From positions 149,670,001 through 149,734,000 of the forward strand of contig CM059432.1 in NCBI GenBank assembly GCA_030390025.1: a stretch of DNA of 64,000 nt. The letters are read 5' to 3'. The position numbers were made by a program, and so were the translations under genes. This stretch comes from Squalus acanthias (taxonomy: Eukaryota). Shown piece after piece: positions 1 through 10,385 of the stretch (position 1 is its first letter; every line of letters begins with the position of its first letter). The notes beneath the pieces were generated by a model. It ran no database searches and had not been told where the DNA came from. It saw only the letters and a program-made list of their open reading frames with translations.

Positions 1-290
1 GACCACGATCAGCCCCAACACCAGCAGCTCCAGGCACACCAGCAGCACCAACAGCAACACCAACCTTCTCCGCAATCACCTGATGCTGCACAGGACACAG
101 GGCATCAGCACCCGAACACATTGCTGCCCAGGAGGCCAGCGATGGCCTCACCATGGCCAGATTTACTTCACTTGATGCTGTACACCCTGGCTGCCACATG
201 ATGCGCCAGGTTGGCACCACCTCACACCAACACCATAAAGCATCCCTGCAATGCCAAGCCATTCCTTTCACAATATTCACCATTGCGGTA
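1..290 (+). mobile_element. Internally deleted Harbinger transposase relic
   Basis: 1-110 matches the reverse complement of about 21125-21230 (Gln-rich N-terminus). It is joined directly to sequence matching about 19960-20132 (C-terminus ...MARFT and 3' UTR). Confidence 0.75.
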
Positions 291-330
291 GCTTTTGCAG
301 GTGGTTGTCAGATGGGTGCACTGGTGGAAC

Positions 331-1953
331 CTAAATGAACCTCGCAATAATGAGGGCATCCCGGCAGCAATGTGTGCCGCAGGTACTGCATTGCCTGCCT
401 CCGCCTCCCACCCCTCCTCCTCCTCCTCCCCACCTCAGAATCGTCTGAAGAGGCTCTGTGCCTTGTTCCTCCTGCAGGTCCAAACCTCGCTGCAGCGCAA
501 TATTGTGCAGAGCGCAGCACACCACAACCATTCTGGAGACCCTGGCATGAGTGTACCGAAGGGCGCCTCCAGATCTGTCCAGGCACCTGAACCGCATCTT
601 CATCATGCCGATGGCTTGTTCATTGACACATTTGGTGGTCATATGGCTGTCAGTGTGTCGCGCCTAGGCCTCATTCCTCGATTTTCTGAGAGGTGTCATC
701 AGCTATGTTTTAAGTGGGTATCCCTTGTCCCCGAGCAGCCAGCCAGCCGATAACTCTCCTTCCAGGTGTGAAGAGATCAGGGAGGGTGGACTGCCCCAGG
801 GTGAAAGCATCATGGCAGCTGCCCGGGAATCTTGCGCACACCTGCATAAAGATCTTTCTGTGGTTGCACACCAGCTGCACATTGATGGAGTGGAAGCACT
901 TGCAGTTGACGAACATTCCTGGGTGATCTGGGGGTGCCTTAATTGCCGCATGTGTGCAGTCGATGGCGCCCTGCACCTGTGGGAAGCCAGCCAGAGCTGC
1001 AACCCCGAGCGCCCGCTCATTCTGGCTGGCGTCATCGCAGGCAGAGTTGACATAATTGGTAGCCCTGGAAGGCACATTTGTGTGCTGCCATCTGCGAGAT
1101 CCTGCAAATGTCTCCGGCAGAGCCCTGGAAGGAACCAGTAGCAAAAATGTTGAGGGCAGTGGTGACTTTGACAGCCATTGGTAGAGCATGGTCACCAGGT
1201 CCAGCTGGAAGCAGGTCTTGTTCCAGCAGGTGGAAAATGTCTGCCACCACCTGAGCCTCCTGAGACACTGGTGTTCTGACATGTCGAGGAAGCTTCTCCT
1301 CTGCCTGTAGACCCTGTGTGCTGGGTACGGCCTCCTGCGAACTGCACCTCTCTCTTGCTCTCCTCTCTCCTGTGGAGCGGCAGGTCGGTGAGCGGCCGGC
1401 TGCTGCTACTCCTGGTCCTCCTCCGAGGTCCAAAGCAACATAGCGTACATGGCACCTATGCTAATTTGATAGATCAGAGCTCCAAAGTTCAGACTGGATC
1501 ACACAACCTCCAAAGTGTAGATGAAACCACCAAAGTGTGCAAAGTAATCTCTCCGCACAAGTCCTCCGAACAAACCCTTTCACATAAGCAGGCAAAAAAG
1601 CAGCAGTGAGTGCGGAGTATTTATTGGCACATTTCCCGGTCATGGCTTCAGCCTCCTCAATTGCCGCTTTCACTGGCGAGTTCCAGGAATCCCAGGAAAC
1701 CCGTGGGGCCAAAGTTAAACTGTAAAACCCACGTCAATATCACTCTAATTGGGCGAATAACATATTGGAATTGACAACCCGCCGCTCCCGAGGGGGTTGA
1801 GGGCACGCGGCCTAACGCACTCGAGTGAAATGCGGGAGTCGGTGGGTTGGAGCCGTCTTCCTGGCGCGCTCGCATCTTTCCTGGATTTCACCACCCCCCC
1901 CTCCCCCCCCGGACCCAAACCCACGTGCTCATCCAAGTTAAAATTCCTCCCCC
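331..1953 (-). mobile_element. Harbinger transposon arm with HARBI1-like DDE transposase pseudogene (about 331-1459)
   Basis: Frameshifted ORFs give LPMAVKVTTALNIFATGSFQ, AGFPQVQGAIDCTH, FHSINVQLVC, ARFPGSCHDAF, WLLGDKGYPL and EQAIGMMKMRFRCLD. Harbinger-type end aaaattcctccccc near 1940-1953. Confidence 0.9.
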
Positions 1954-2277
1954 CGCCCACCTCCAATGACGTTTCTACATTTTCTCTGCAAAACAAAATA
2001 TTGTAAAAGCAGATTAAAAACACCAACCAGCTTTAATCCTAGCAATCGTAAAAAGAGATTTTAATGTCGACGAGGGTGAAGTTGCTCCTGCAACGTTAAC
2101 TTGTCTGCTCTCTCTGCTCTCTGGCTCTCTGGCTCTCTGTTCTCTGGCTGTCCTGCTGAGTATTTCCAGCATTTTCTGTTCTTGTTTCAGGTTACCAGCA
2201 TCTGCAGTATTTTACTCTTTACTAAGTACAAGAGCAGATGATCTACCAGCCCAGGGTGATGTTCTGTAATCAACAAA

Positions 2278-4400
2278 ATGGGCCTATATTGTCTGGAGTT
2301 TAGAAGAATGAGAGGTGATCTCATTGAAACATATAAAATTCTTAGAGAGCTTGACAGGGTAGATGCGGAGAGGCTCTTTCTCCTGGCTGGAGAATCTAGA
2401 ACCAGGGGTCACAGTCTCAAGATAAGGGGTCGGCCATTTGGGACTGAGATGAGGAGAAATGTCTTAACTCAGAGGATTATGAATCTTTGGAATTCTCTAC
2501 CCCAGAGGACTGTGGATCCTCAGTCGAAGACTATATTTATAAGAACATAAGAAATAGGAGCAGGAGTCGGCCATTTGGCCCCTCGAGCCTGCTCCGCCAT
2601 TCAATATGATCATGGCTGATCTTCTACCTTAACTCCACTTTCCTGAACTATTCCCATATCCCTTGATTCCCTTAACAACTAAAAATCTATCGCTCTCTGT
2701 CTTGAATATACTCAACAACTGAGCCTCCACAGCCCTCTGGGATAGAGAATTCCAAAGATTCACCACCCTCTGAGTGAAGAAATTTCTCTTTGGCAAGTAT
2801 ATTCTTCCTTAGGTAAGGAGACCAAAACTGTACCCAATACTCCAGGTGTGGTCTCACCAGGGCCCTATATAATTGCAGTAAGACGTCTTTACTCTTATAC
2901 TCAAATCCTCTTGCAATAAAGGCCAACATACCATTTGCTTTCTTAATTGCTTGCTGTACCTGCATGTTAACTTTCAGTGATTTGTGTACAAGGACACCCA
3001 GGTCCCTCTGAACACCAACATTTCCCAATCTCTCACCATTTAAAAAATACTCTGCTTTTCTATTTTTCCTACCAAAGTGGATAACTTCACATTTCTCCAC
3101 ATTATATTCCATTTGCCATGTTCTTGCCCGCTCACTTAGCCTGTCTATATCCCCTTGAAGCCACTTTGCATCCTCCTCACAAATTACATTCCCACCCAGC
3201 TTTGTATCAGCAGCAAACTTGGATATATTACATTTGGTCCCCTCATCCAAATCATTGATGTAGATTGGGAATAGCTGAGGCCCAAGCACTGATCCTTGCG
3301 GTACCCCGCTAGTTATAGCCTGCCAACCCGAAAATGACCTGTTTATTCCTACTCTCTTTTCTGTCCGTTAACCAATCCTCAGTCCATGCTAGTATATTAC
3401 CCCCAATCCCATGAGCCCTAATTTTGATTAATAACCTCTTGTGTGGCACCTTATCGAATGCCTTCTGAAAATCCAAATACACCACATCCACTGGTTCCCC
3501 CTTATCTATTCTGCTAGTTACAATCTTAAAAAACTCCAATAGATTTGTCAAACATGATTTCCCTTTCATAAATCAGTGATGACTCTGCCCAATCCTATTA
3601 TTATTTTCTAAGTGACCTGTTACCACGTCCTTAATAACAGATTCCAGCATTTTCCCTACGACTGATGTCAGGCTAACTGGTCTGCAGTTCCCCGTTTTTC
3701 TCTCTCCCTCCTTTCTTAAATAGTGGGGTTACATTTGCTACCTTCCAATCCGTGGGAACCTTTCTAGAATCTATGGAATTTTGAAAACTGACAACCAATA
3801 AAAGACTTACATTTATATAGCGCCTTTTTGGAGTCTAGTCACTGTTGTAATGTGGGAAACGCGACAGCCAATTTGCGCACAGCAAGCTCCCACAAACAGC
3901 AATGTGATGATGACCCGCTAAACTGTTTTTGTTATGTTGATTGAGGGATAAATATTGGCCCCAGGACACCGGGGATAACTCCCCTGTTGCTCTTCGAAAT
4001 AGTGCCACGGGATGTTTTACGTCCACCTGAGAGAGCAGACGGGGCCTCGGTTTAACGTCTCATCCAAAAGACAGCACCTCCGATAGTGCAGCACTCCCTC
4101 AGCACTGCAACTAATGCATCCACTATCTCTATAGCCACCTCTTTCAAAACCCTAGGATGTAAGCCATCAGGTCCAGGGGATTTATCAGCTTTCAGTCCCA
4201 TTAATTTCTCCAGTACTATTTTTTTCTTAATACTAATTTCTTATTCAAGATTGAAATCGATAGATTTTTATGCCCTAAGGGAATCAAGGCATATAGGTAT
4301 AGGACAGGAAAGTGGAACTGATGTAGCCATGATCTTATTGAATGGTGGAGCAGGCTCAAAGGGCTGTATGGCCGACTCCTGCTCCAATTCTTATGTTCCT
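2278..4400. mobile_element. Nested CR1 LINEs: + strand 3' fragment (2278-2540, 4245-4400) interrupted by a - strand CR1 RT fragment (2541-4244)
   Basis: ORFs with YLDFQKAFDKVPH, GPQLF.IYINDLD, LYRALVRPHLEY, LWNSLPQ; (ttcttatg) 3' tails at both 3' ends. Confidence 0.9.
3800..4107 (-). mobile_element. Deu-domain tRNA SINE (SacSINE1/AmnSINE1-like) inserted in CR1
   Basis: Core attgctgtttgtgggagcttgctgtgcgcaaattggctg; L2-like tail ggcgctatataaatg; flanking CAACCAAT/CAACTAAT as probable TSD. Confidence 0.75.
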
Positions 4401-4732
4401 ACAGAAGTTTCTGGTCCTGTATTATTATTGCTTGCATAAACAGGTAGGCACCAAAATCCCACGTCTCTGACCTCTACCTACGAATCATCGCCAGTACTGA
4501 TCCCGTTTGAAACTGTGGAGTCACCTCATTTCATTATGTCTTGGCAGTTCAGTCGCACAATCACATGTGGTGCCCTGGGGATACTTGGAAATTAGCAACT
4601 GAGCCTTTGAGAAACCACTTTTAAAGCAGGTTTTCAAGTGAAGGTTGTAGCAGAGGCCCCTACAGAAGGGAGCAAGGCATTGTAGCGAGGCAGAAAAGAG
4701 CAATTTCAAGCGTACACTCAGGACACAGCACC

Positions 4733-5590
4733 ATGGAGCCAGCCTCTGTCTCAGTGGCAGCTTTCCTGCCTCGGAGTCAGAAGGTGCAGGGTTCGAACCC
4801 CACACCCGACAGTCCCAGCGAGTGGAATCAGAAGGTGCAGGGTTCGAACCCCACTCCCGACAATCCCAGTGAGTGGGGTCAGAAGGTGCAGGGTTCGAAC
4901 CCCACTCCCGACAATCCCAGTGAGTGGGGTCAGAAGTTGCAGGGTTCGTACCCCACTCCCGACAATCCCAGTGAATGGGGTCAGTAGGTGCAGGGTTCGA
5001 ACCCCACTCCAGACAGTCCCAGCGAGTGGAGTCAGAAGGTGCAGGGTTCGAACCCCAATCCTGACAATCCCAGCGAGTGGAGTCAGAAGGTGCAGGGTTC
5101 GAACCCCACTCCCGACAGTCCCAGCGAGTGGGGTCAGAAGGTGCAGGGTTCGAACCCCACTCCAAACAGTCCCAGCGAGTGGAGTCAGAAGGTGCAGGGT
5201 TCGAACCCCACTCCCGACAGTCCCAGCGAGTGGAATCAGAAGGTGCAGGGTTCGAACCCCACTCCAGACAGTCCCACCTCGGAGTCAGAAGGTGCAGGGT
5301 TCGAACCCCACTCCCGACAGTCCCAGCGAGTGGAGTCAGAAGGTGCAGGGTTCGAACCCCACTCCAGACAGTCCCAGTGAGTGGGGTCAGAAGGTGCAGG
5401 GTTCGAACCCCACTCCCGACAGTCCCAGTGAGTGGGGTCAGAAGGTGCAGGGTTCGAACCCCACTCCCGACAGTCCCAATGAGTGGGGTCAGAAGGTGCA
5501 GGGTTCGAACCCCACTCCCGACAGTCCCAATGAGTGGGGTCAGAAGGTGCAGGGTTCGAACCCCACTCCAGACAGTCCCAGCGAGTGGAG
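4733..5590 (+). repeat. 51-bp minisatellite (16 units) grown from a tRNA-SINE head
   Basis: Unit GGAGTCAGAAGGTGCAGGGTTCGAACCCCACTCCCGACAGTCCCAGCGAGT. GGTTCGAACCC recurs from 4790 to 5553; an A-box-like TGTCTCAGTGG precedes the first unit. Confidence 0.92.
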
Positions 5591-5599
5591 TTGGATCTT

Positions 5600-5921
5600 A
5601 TGGAGGGAGTCAAGGGAGAGCTTGGGTGCAGCCGTGAATCTTTGTGCAGTGCTCGTCAATGCCGTAGAACACTGACAGCAGAACTGTCAAAATCAATTTG
5701 GACATGGTCCCTTTAAGGAAACCGGCTGATGACGTGTCATGACATGATGTCATCAGACCCGTTTCCTATTAATTGGCCGGGAACCTCGATGGGCGGGCTT
5801 AACAAGCCCAATCAAAGAAAAATTGCTTGGAGAGTGCGGGCTGCAGCAGGCAGCGGGCTGGGACCGCGACACCGACCCCGGCCCCGGACCCGGACCTGCC
5901 TCGGTCGGTGAAATTGCAGCC
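5600..5921 (+). mobile_element. Right arm of Harbinger MITE (same family as 42877-43750)
   Basis: 5710-5825 aligns by eye with 43541-43660; ends gaaattgcagcc. Confidence 0.6.
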
Positions 5922-6617
5922 TGTGAGTGGGATTCAGATGAGAGTTGCTCGTGGGGTTTGTGAGAATGGTGCCTGTATTAGTTCAGATACGTCCTGGGGT
6001 AAATTTTTAAGAAAGGATGTACGGAAATGTCCTCTTTTCACCATGTCTTCCTTATGTTTAGATGAGTTGCTCACTTTAAGTTGGAGGGTACAATGTTTTA
6101 TAAAGTCACTTTGGACCTCTGCTTCCCAAATCTTTCCACCACTGGGGATTTTCCTCACCTCACGTCTGGATCTGGATAGACTAATTGTTAAGAGATTGAT
6201 CGCTTGCGATGATCAATCAACAACTCCATTGTCATCATATTCTGCGACTGCCAGGATGGTAGAAGGCAAACTGGATGGATCGTGGTCTTTTTTCGTCTAG
6301 CAATTCCGATGAGGACAGGCACTTCATCCGAGGTAACGTACACAGTGTATTATTCTGCTGCTAAACGGCAGCTGTGCAACTTTACCTGTCCCTTTGAGAC
6401 CACAAGGGTTAATTGCTGTAACATCTCGAGGTAAATAGAAGCTAAGTACTCTATGGGACATCCTGAGGTCAATTAGATGGTATTTTCTATTGTTAACCAT
6501 ATTTCTCTATCCATTAATACAAAAAGAAAATACTGCAGATGCTGGAAATCTGAAATAAAAACAGAAAATGCTGGAAACACTCAGCAGGCCAGGCAGCATC
6601 TGTGAAGAGAGAAACAG

Positions 6618-6654
6618 AGTCAACGTTTCAGGTCTGGGACCCTTCGTCAGAACT
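6618..6654 (-). ncRNA. Minimal type I hammerhead ribozyme motif
   Basis: AGTT-CTGACGA-A-GGGTC(CCA)GACCT-GAAA-CG-TT-GACT. Confidence 0.65.
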
Positions 6655-6723
6655 GTTCTGACGAAAGGTCATCGACCTGAAACTTTCGTTCTGACGAAAG
6701 GTCATCGACCTGAAACGTTAACT
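6655..6723 (+). ncRNA. Two tandem minimal hammerhead cores (33-bp duplication)
   Basis: GTT-CTGACGA-A-AGGTC(ATC)GACCT-GAAA-CT-TT followed by GTT-CTGACGA-A-AGGTC(ATC)GACCT-GAAA-CG-TT-AAC. Confidence 0.65.
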
Positions 6724-7752
6724 CTGTTTCTCTCTTCACAGATGCTGCCTGACCTGCTGAGTGTTTCCAGCATTTTCTGTTTTTATTTCTCTATCCATTG
6801 CTCTTTTAAACATAGAAATTTGCACATGTGACAGACATGTCTCATAACTATTTTTTTTACACGTAAATAAATGGCTGGAAGTGTGGTTTTTCTGCCTTGT
6901 AGGGTGGGATTCACCCAAACGGCCTCTGAACCTTAAGCTGGAGAAGCTTTTGTTACTTGAAGCAAAATCAGTGCTTATCAGCAATGACAATATGAGTGCT
7001 ATTTGCAATTTAAATAATGGAGCATCTGAAATTTCACAGAGGAAGGGGAAATAATGATGTAATTCAGCCTTTATGGTACTTCAGCACCGACCCCTCCTCA
7101 CACACCTGTCCCTGCCCCTCCCACTCACCGCTTCCTCTCGCCACTGCCCTCCACCTGCCCATCCTCCTCCTCCCGTCACTTCCGGGTAACACCATCCTGA
7201 AGCATCAATTTGAACTTTCCCGTGCCTGACAAGAAGAGCGTGTGCGGGGATAGAGTGGGTGGGAATGAGGTTAAAATATAGGCAGCGTGGCAATCACCGG
7301 AGCCATGCTGCACACACGCCCCACGCCATTTTAAGAGGCGCGTTTTGGGCAATGTGTGAGGCTCTCGCCGCAGGTAGACGAGGACGTCACTGAGATTCAA
7401 GTGTTGGGGTCCAATGACATCAATGAGACCCCAATGCTATTTTAACTTTGTGTCGCGAGTCCAGCCTTGCCAAGGAAACCCAGCGCCATGGGGGAGCAGT
7501 TTCAGAAGCAGGTCGAGAAGGTCAGTTAAGGATCCCTTAGGCCACTCACACCCCCCACCCTGGGTTTCCTTCCACTCCCTGCGCGCAATCCCTGTTGGCT
7601 CCTTCCCCGAGCCACTTAGCTGAATGGCAGGGACCAACCCCGCAGGTCCCCGGCTGATGTCTTCTGCCACATTTACCTGTCTCCCGCCCGCCAGCCTCAT
7701 GTTATTGACGCCGAGTACATAATCACACCTGTGGGCAAAAATTCCGCTACAC

Positions 7753-8685
7753 CAGTGCTGTCCAATACGTTAGCCACTGGCCACATATGGATACTTGGGA
7801 ATCCAGATGTGGCTAATTGCATTTTTAATTAGTAAATCAAAAATTAGTAATAGACACCATCGTTGGGTATGTGATCTCAATACTCATATTCTCACAGCGT
7901 GTGCATGTGTACTTTAACCCTTTTGTGCATTTGCTGATGCAGTGATAGGGCAAAAAGCAGACTGTGCCAGTGTTTCTCTTGATCGTCGATTGCTTTGTTC
8001 CCTTACTTTCTGAATGGTGGCAGGAGTGTGATGGAATACACTCCACTTGCCTGGATGAGTGCAGCTGCAACAACACTCAAGAAGCTCAACACCATCCAGG
8101 ACAAAGCAGCCCGCTTAATTGGCACCCCATCCACCACCTTAAACATTCCTTCCCTCCACCATCGCCGTACCATGGCTGCAGTGTGTACCATCTACAAGAT
8201 GCACTGCAGCAACTCGCCAAGACTTCTTCAGCAGCACCTCCCAAACCCGCGACCTCTACCACCTAGCGGGACAAGAACAGCAGGCGCATGGGAACACCAC
8301 CACCTCCAAGTTCCCCTCCAAGTCACACACCATCCTGACTTAGAAGTATATCGCCGATCCTTCACCGTCGCTGGGTCAAAATCCTGGAAACTCCCTCCCT
8401 AACAGCACTGTGGGAGTACCTTCACCGCACGGACTGCAGCGGTTCACCGTCTGAAGGGCAACTAGGGATGGGCAATAAATGCTGGCTTTGCCAGCGACGT
8501 CCAGATCCCATAAGCGAATTAAAAAAAAAGATGTTTGTTAAGTAAATATGCACATGTGAAGTATATTTACCTCTACTATAGGAGTGTTCTGTAAGGTGTT
8601 TTCCATTTAAGTTCGAGCATGTGACTAAAACGGCGTCACTGTAGCCACATCTGTGGCTAGTCAGCAATGTTTATTGGACAAACTG
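7753..8685. mobile_element. Non-autonomous hAT/Charlie-like DNA element interrupted by a LINE
   Basis: Ends CAGTGCTGTCCAATA ... TATTGGACAAACTG with subterminal AGCCAC/GTGGCT repeats; no 8-bp TSD visible. Confidence 0.6.
8020..8530 (+). mobile_element. LINE family B 3' fragment (CR1/L2-group, clade uncertain)
   Basis: RSVMEYTPLAWMSAAATTLKKLNTIQDKAARLIG; tail ...gggatgggcaataaatgctgg...A-rich. Confidence 0.85.
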
Positions 8686-8915
8686 TTCCTCCTGTGTCAG
8701 GAGCGCATAATTACAAAATTGTGCACTCCCAGCCCCTGATTTTATGATATATGTCCCAGTGTGCAGCATGAGTGGGTGCAGAAGAATTAATAGCTGATAA
8801 TTTGAACCCCAAAATACCCCAATACTCCCATAAGGTCAATAATTGAAATTGTATTGTTAATTAAAATCACCATAAATCAGTGTCTCTGATAATATATTGT
8901 TCTTTACACACCATA

Positions 8916-9260
8916 CGGGAACGGTAGCATAGTGGTTATGTCACTGGGCTAGTAATCCAGAGGTCTGGACTAATGATCTGGTATGTGAGTTCAAATCCCA
9001 CGAAAAGAATTTAAATTCAGTTAATTAAAAAAAATCTAGAAGAAAAAGCTAGTATCTGTAATGGTGACCATGAAACTACCGGATTGTTGGAAAAACCCAT
9101 CTGGTTCACTAATCTGCCATCCTTACCCGGTCTGGCCTATATGTGACTCCAGACCCACAGCAATGTGGTTGCCTCTGAAATGGTGGCTCACCACCACCTT
9201 CTCAAGGGCAATTAGGGATGGGCAATAAATGCTGACTCCCATGAGCAAATTTTAAAAACA
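8916..9260 (+). mobile_element. tRNA-derived SINE with LINE-B 3' tail
   Basis: A-box tagcatagtgg, B-box gagttcaaatcc, tail caccaccaccttctcaagggcaattagggatgggcaataaatgctg. Confidence 0.75.
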
Positions 9261-9969
9261 GCTCTGATCCATGAGCAATGCCATAGGAGATCTACTAATA
9301 TAGATCACATGCATATATATCTATATTAGTTACAGTAAGTGAAATGATACACTGGAGTAGATATACTGCCTGGGCATAAAACATCACCTGGGTACTACGT
9401 AAAACTGAATGTCAGGTGGGGAGGGTTACAGACCCTGCCCAATTTCTCCTCTGTTTAAGTTAACAGAAGGAAACATCTGGCAGGCTCTGGTACCGGCATT
9501 CAACTCTTCCTGCACAACTTTCCTCCCGGTCATTCATCCAGGCTATAATTCACGACACGCGGAATCTACAACCATCAGTTTTGTAATGATTGCAGCGTCA
9601 TACCCTGTAATACACAGTGCATCATTCAATCTGTTGGAAAAGTGCAGCTGTATATTCCTGCGCTGTATATTATCAGGTGTGACCCTTTCCAGGCTGCGTG
9701 GTCTAATTCCTGAGGTCAGTTAGAGGCTAATTGCTCTTAGACTTTCTCTTTTTTCGCTGATAATTTTTTTAAAGTGTGATTTCTAATGGATAATGTTGTG
9801 AATTTGCATTCCTGGTTTCACATATCGGGAAACCAAGGCTGTACTCCCCATGACTTTCTACCGGTTAATGTTAAGGGATAGAAAATCATTGGGGAGCAAG
9901 GCATCAAATTCCTAATACAACCTCACTGTTGGTGAAGTTCTATCCTAGGAGCGCCAGTTCATAAAATTC

Positions 9970-10385
9970 ATGAACTACAAATGCAAAGAAAGACTTAAAG
10001 AGTTGGGGCCATTTTTGTTCGGGCAGAGGAGACTATGGGGTGTTTTGATAGAGGTGTTTAAAATTATGAAGGGATGGGACAGGATAGGTGGAAACAGAGT
10101 GTTTTCATTGTTTAAGGTGTCTAGAAAATGGGGACTAAAATACAAGATTTGGGACAGAGAGCAGGCCAAACTTGTAATACACAGAGCTTTGCGAGGTTGT
10201 GGAATTCATTATTCAATTGAAGCTGAGACCATGTCAGTATTTAAGAATAGGCTAGATAGGTGGTTGAAGGAAAGGGGAATAAAGGGATATGGGAATAGAG
10301 CAGGCACATGGGATTATAACCATTGCTCGTGTGGAGGATAAGTTAGGTCTGTTTGTGTTGTGACTTCCATGTAACTCTATGTAAA
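9970..10385 (+). mobile_element. Old CR1 3' fragment
   Basis: RRLWGVLIEVFKIMKGWDR...FKNRLDRWL. Confidence 0.7.

Larger units (their letters stand above)
6530..6790. mobile_element. Palindromic Penelope-tail element with hammerhead motifs
   Basis: Arms of about 100 bp (6551-6654 and 6688-6790) are inverted copies of the tail found after GIY-YIG ORFs at 45605-45710 and 59736-59830. Confidence 0.8.

Noticed and set aside
4521..4620. GAAATGAG|gtga resembling the end of the first STAC SH3 exon (LEMR)
   Set aside because: The upstream translation has no YVALYKF-like SH3 sequence; chance match.
4773..5590. Possible CRISPR array or tRNA gene cluster
   Set aside because: Units are contiguous with no unique spacers; only a T-arm/B-box-like piece is present, with no full cloverleaf; eukaryotic context.
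4521..5675. Long repetitive ORFs (WDCREWGSNPAPSD..., QKVQGSNPTPDSPSEW...)
   Set aside because: Artefacts of a 51-bp (3n) tandem repeat that is open in several frames on both strands.
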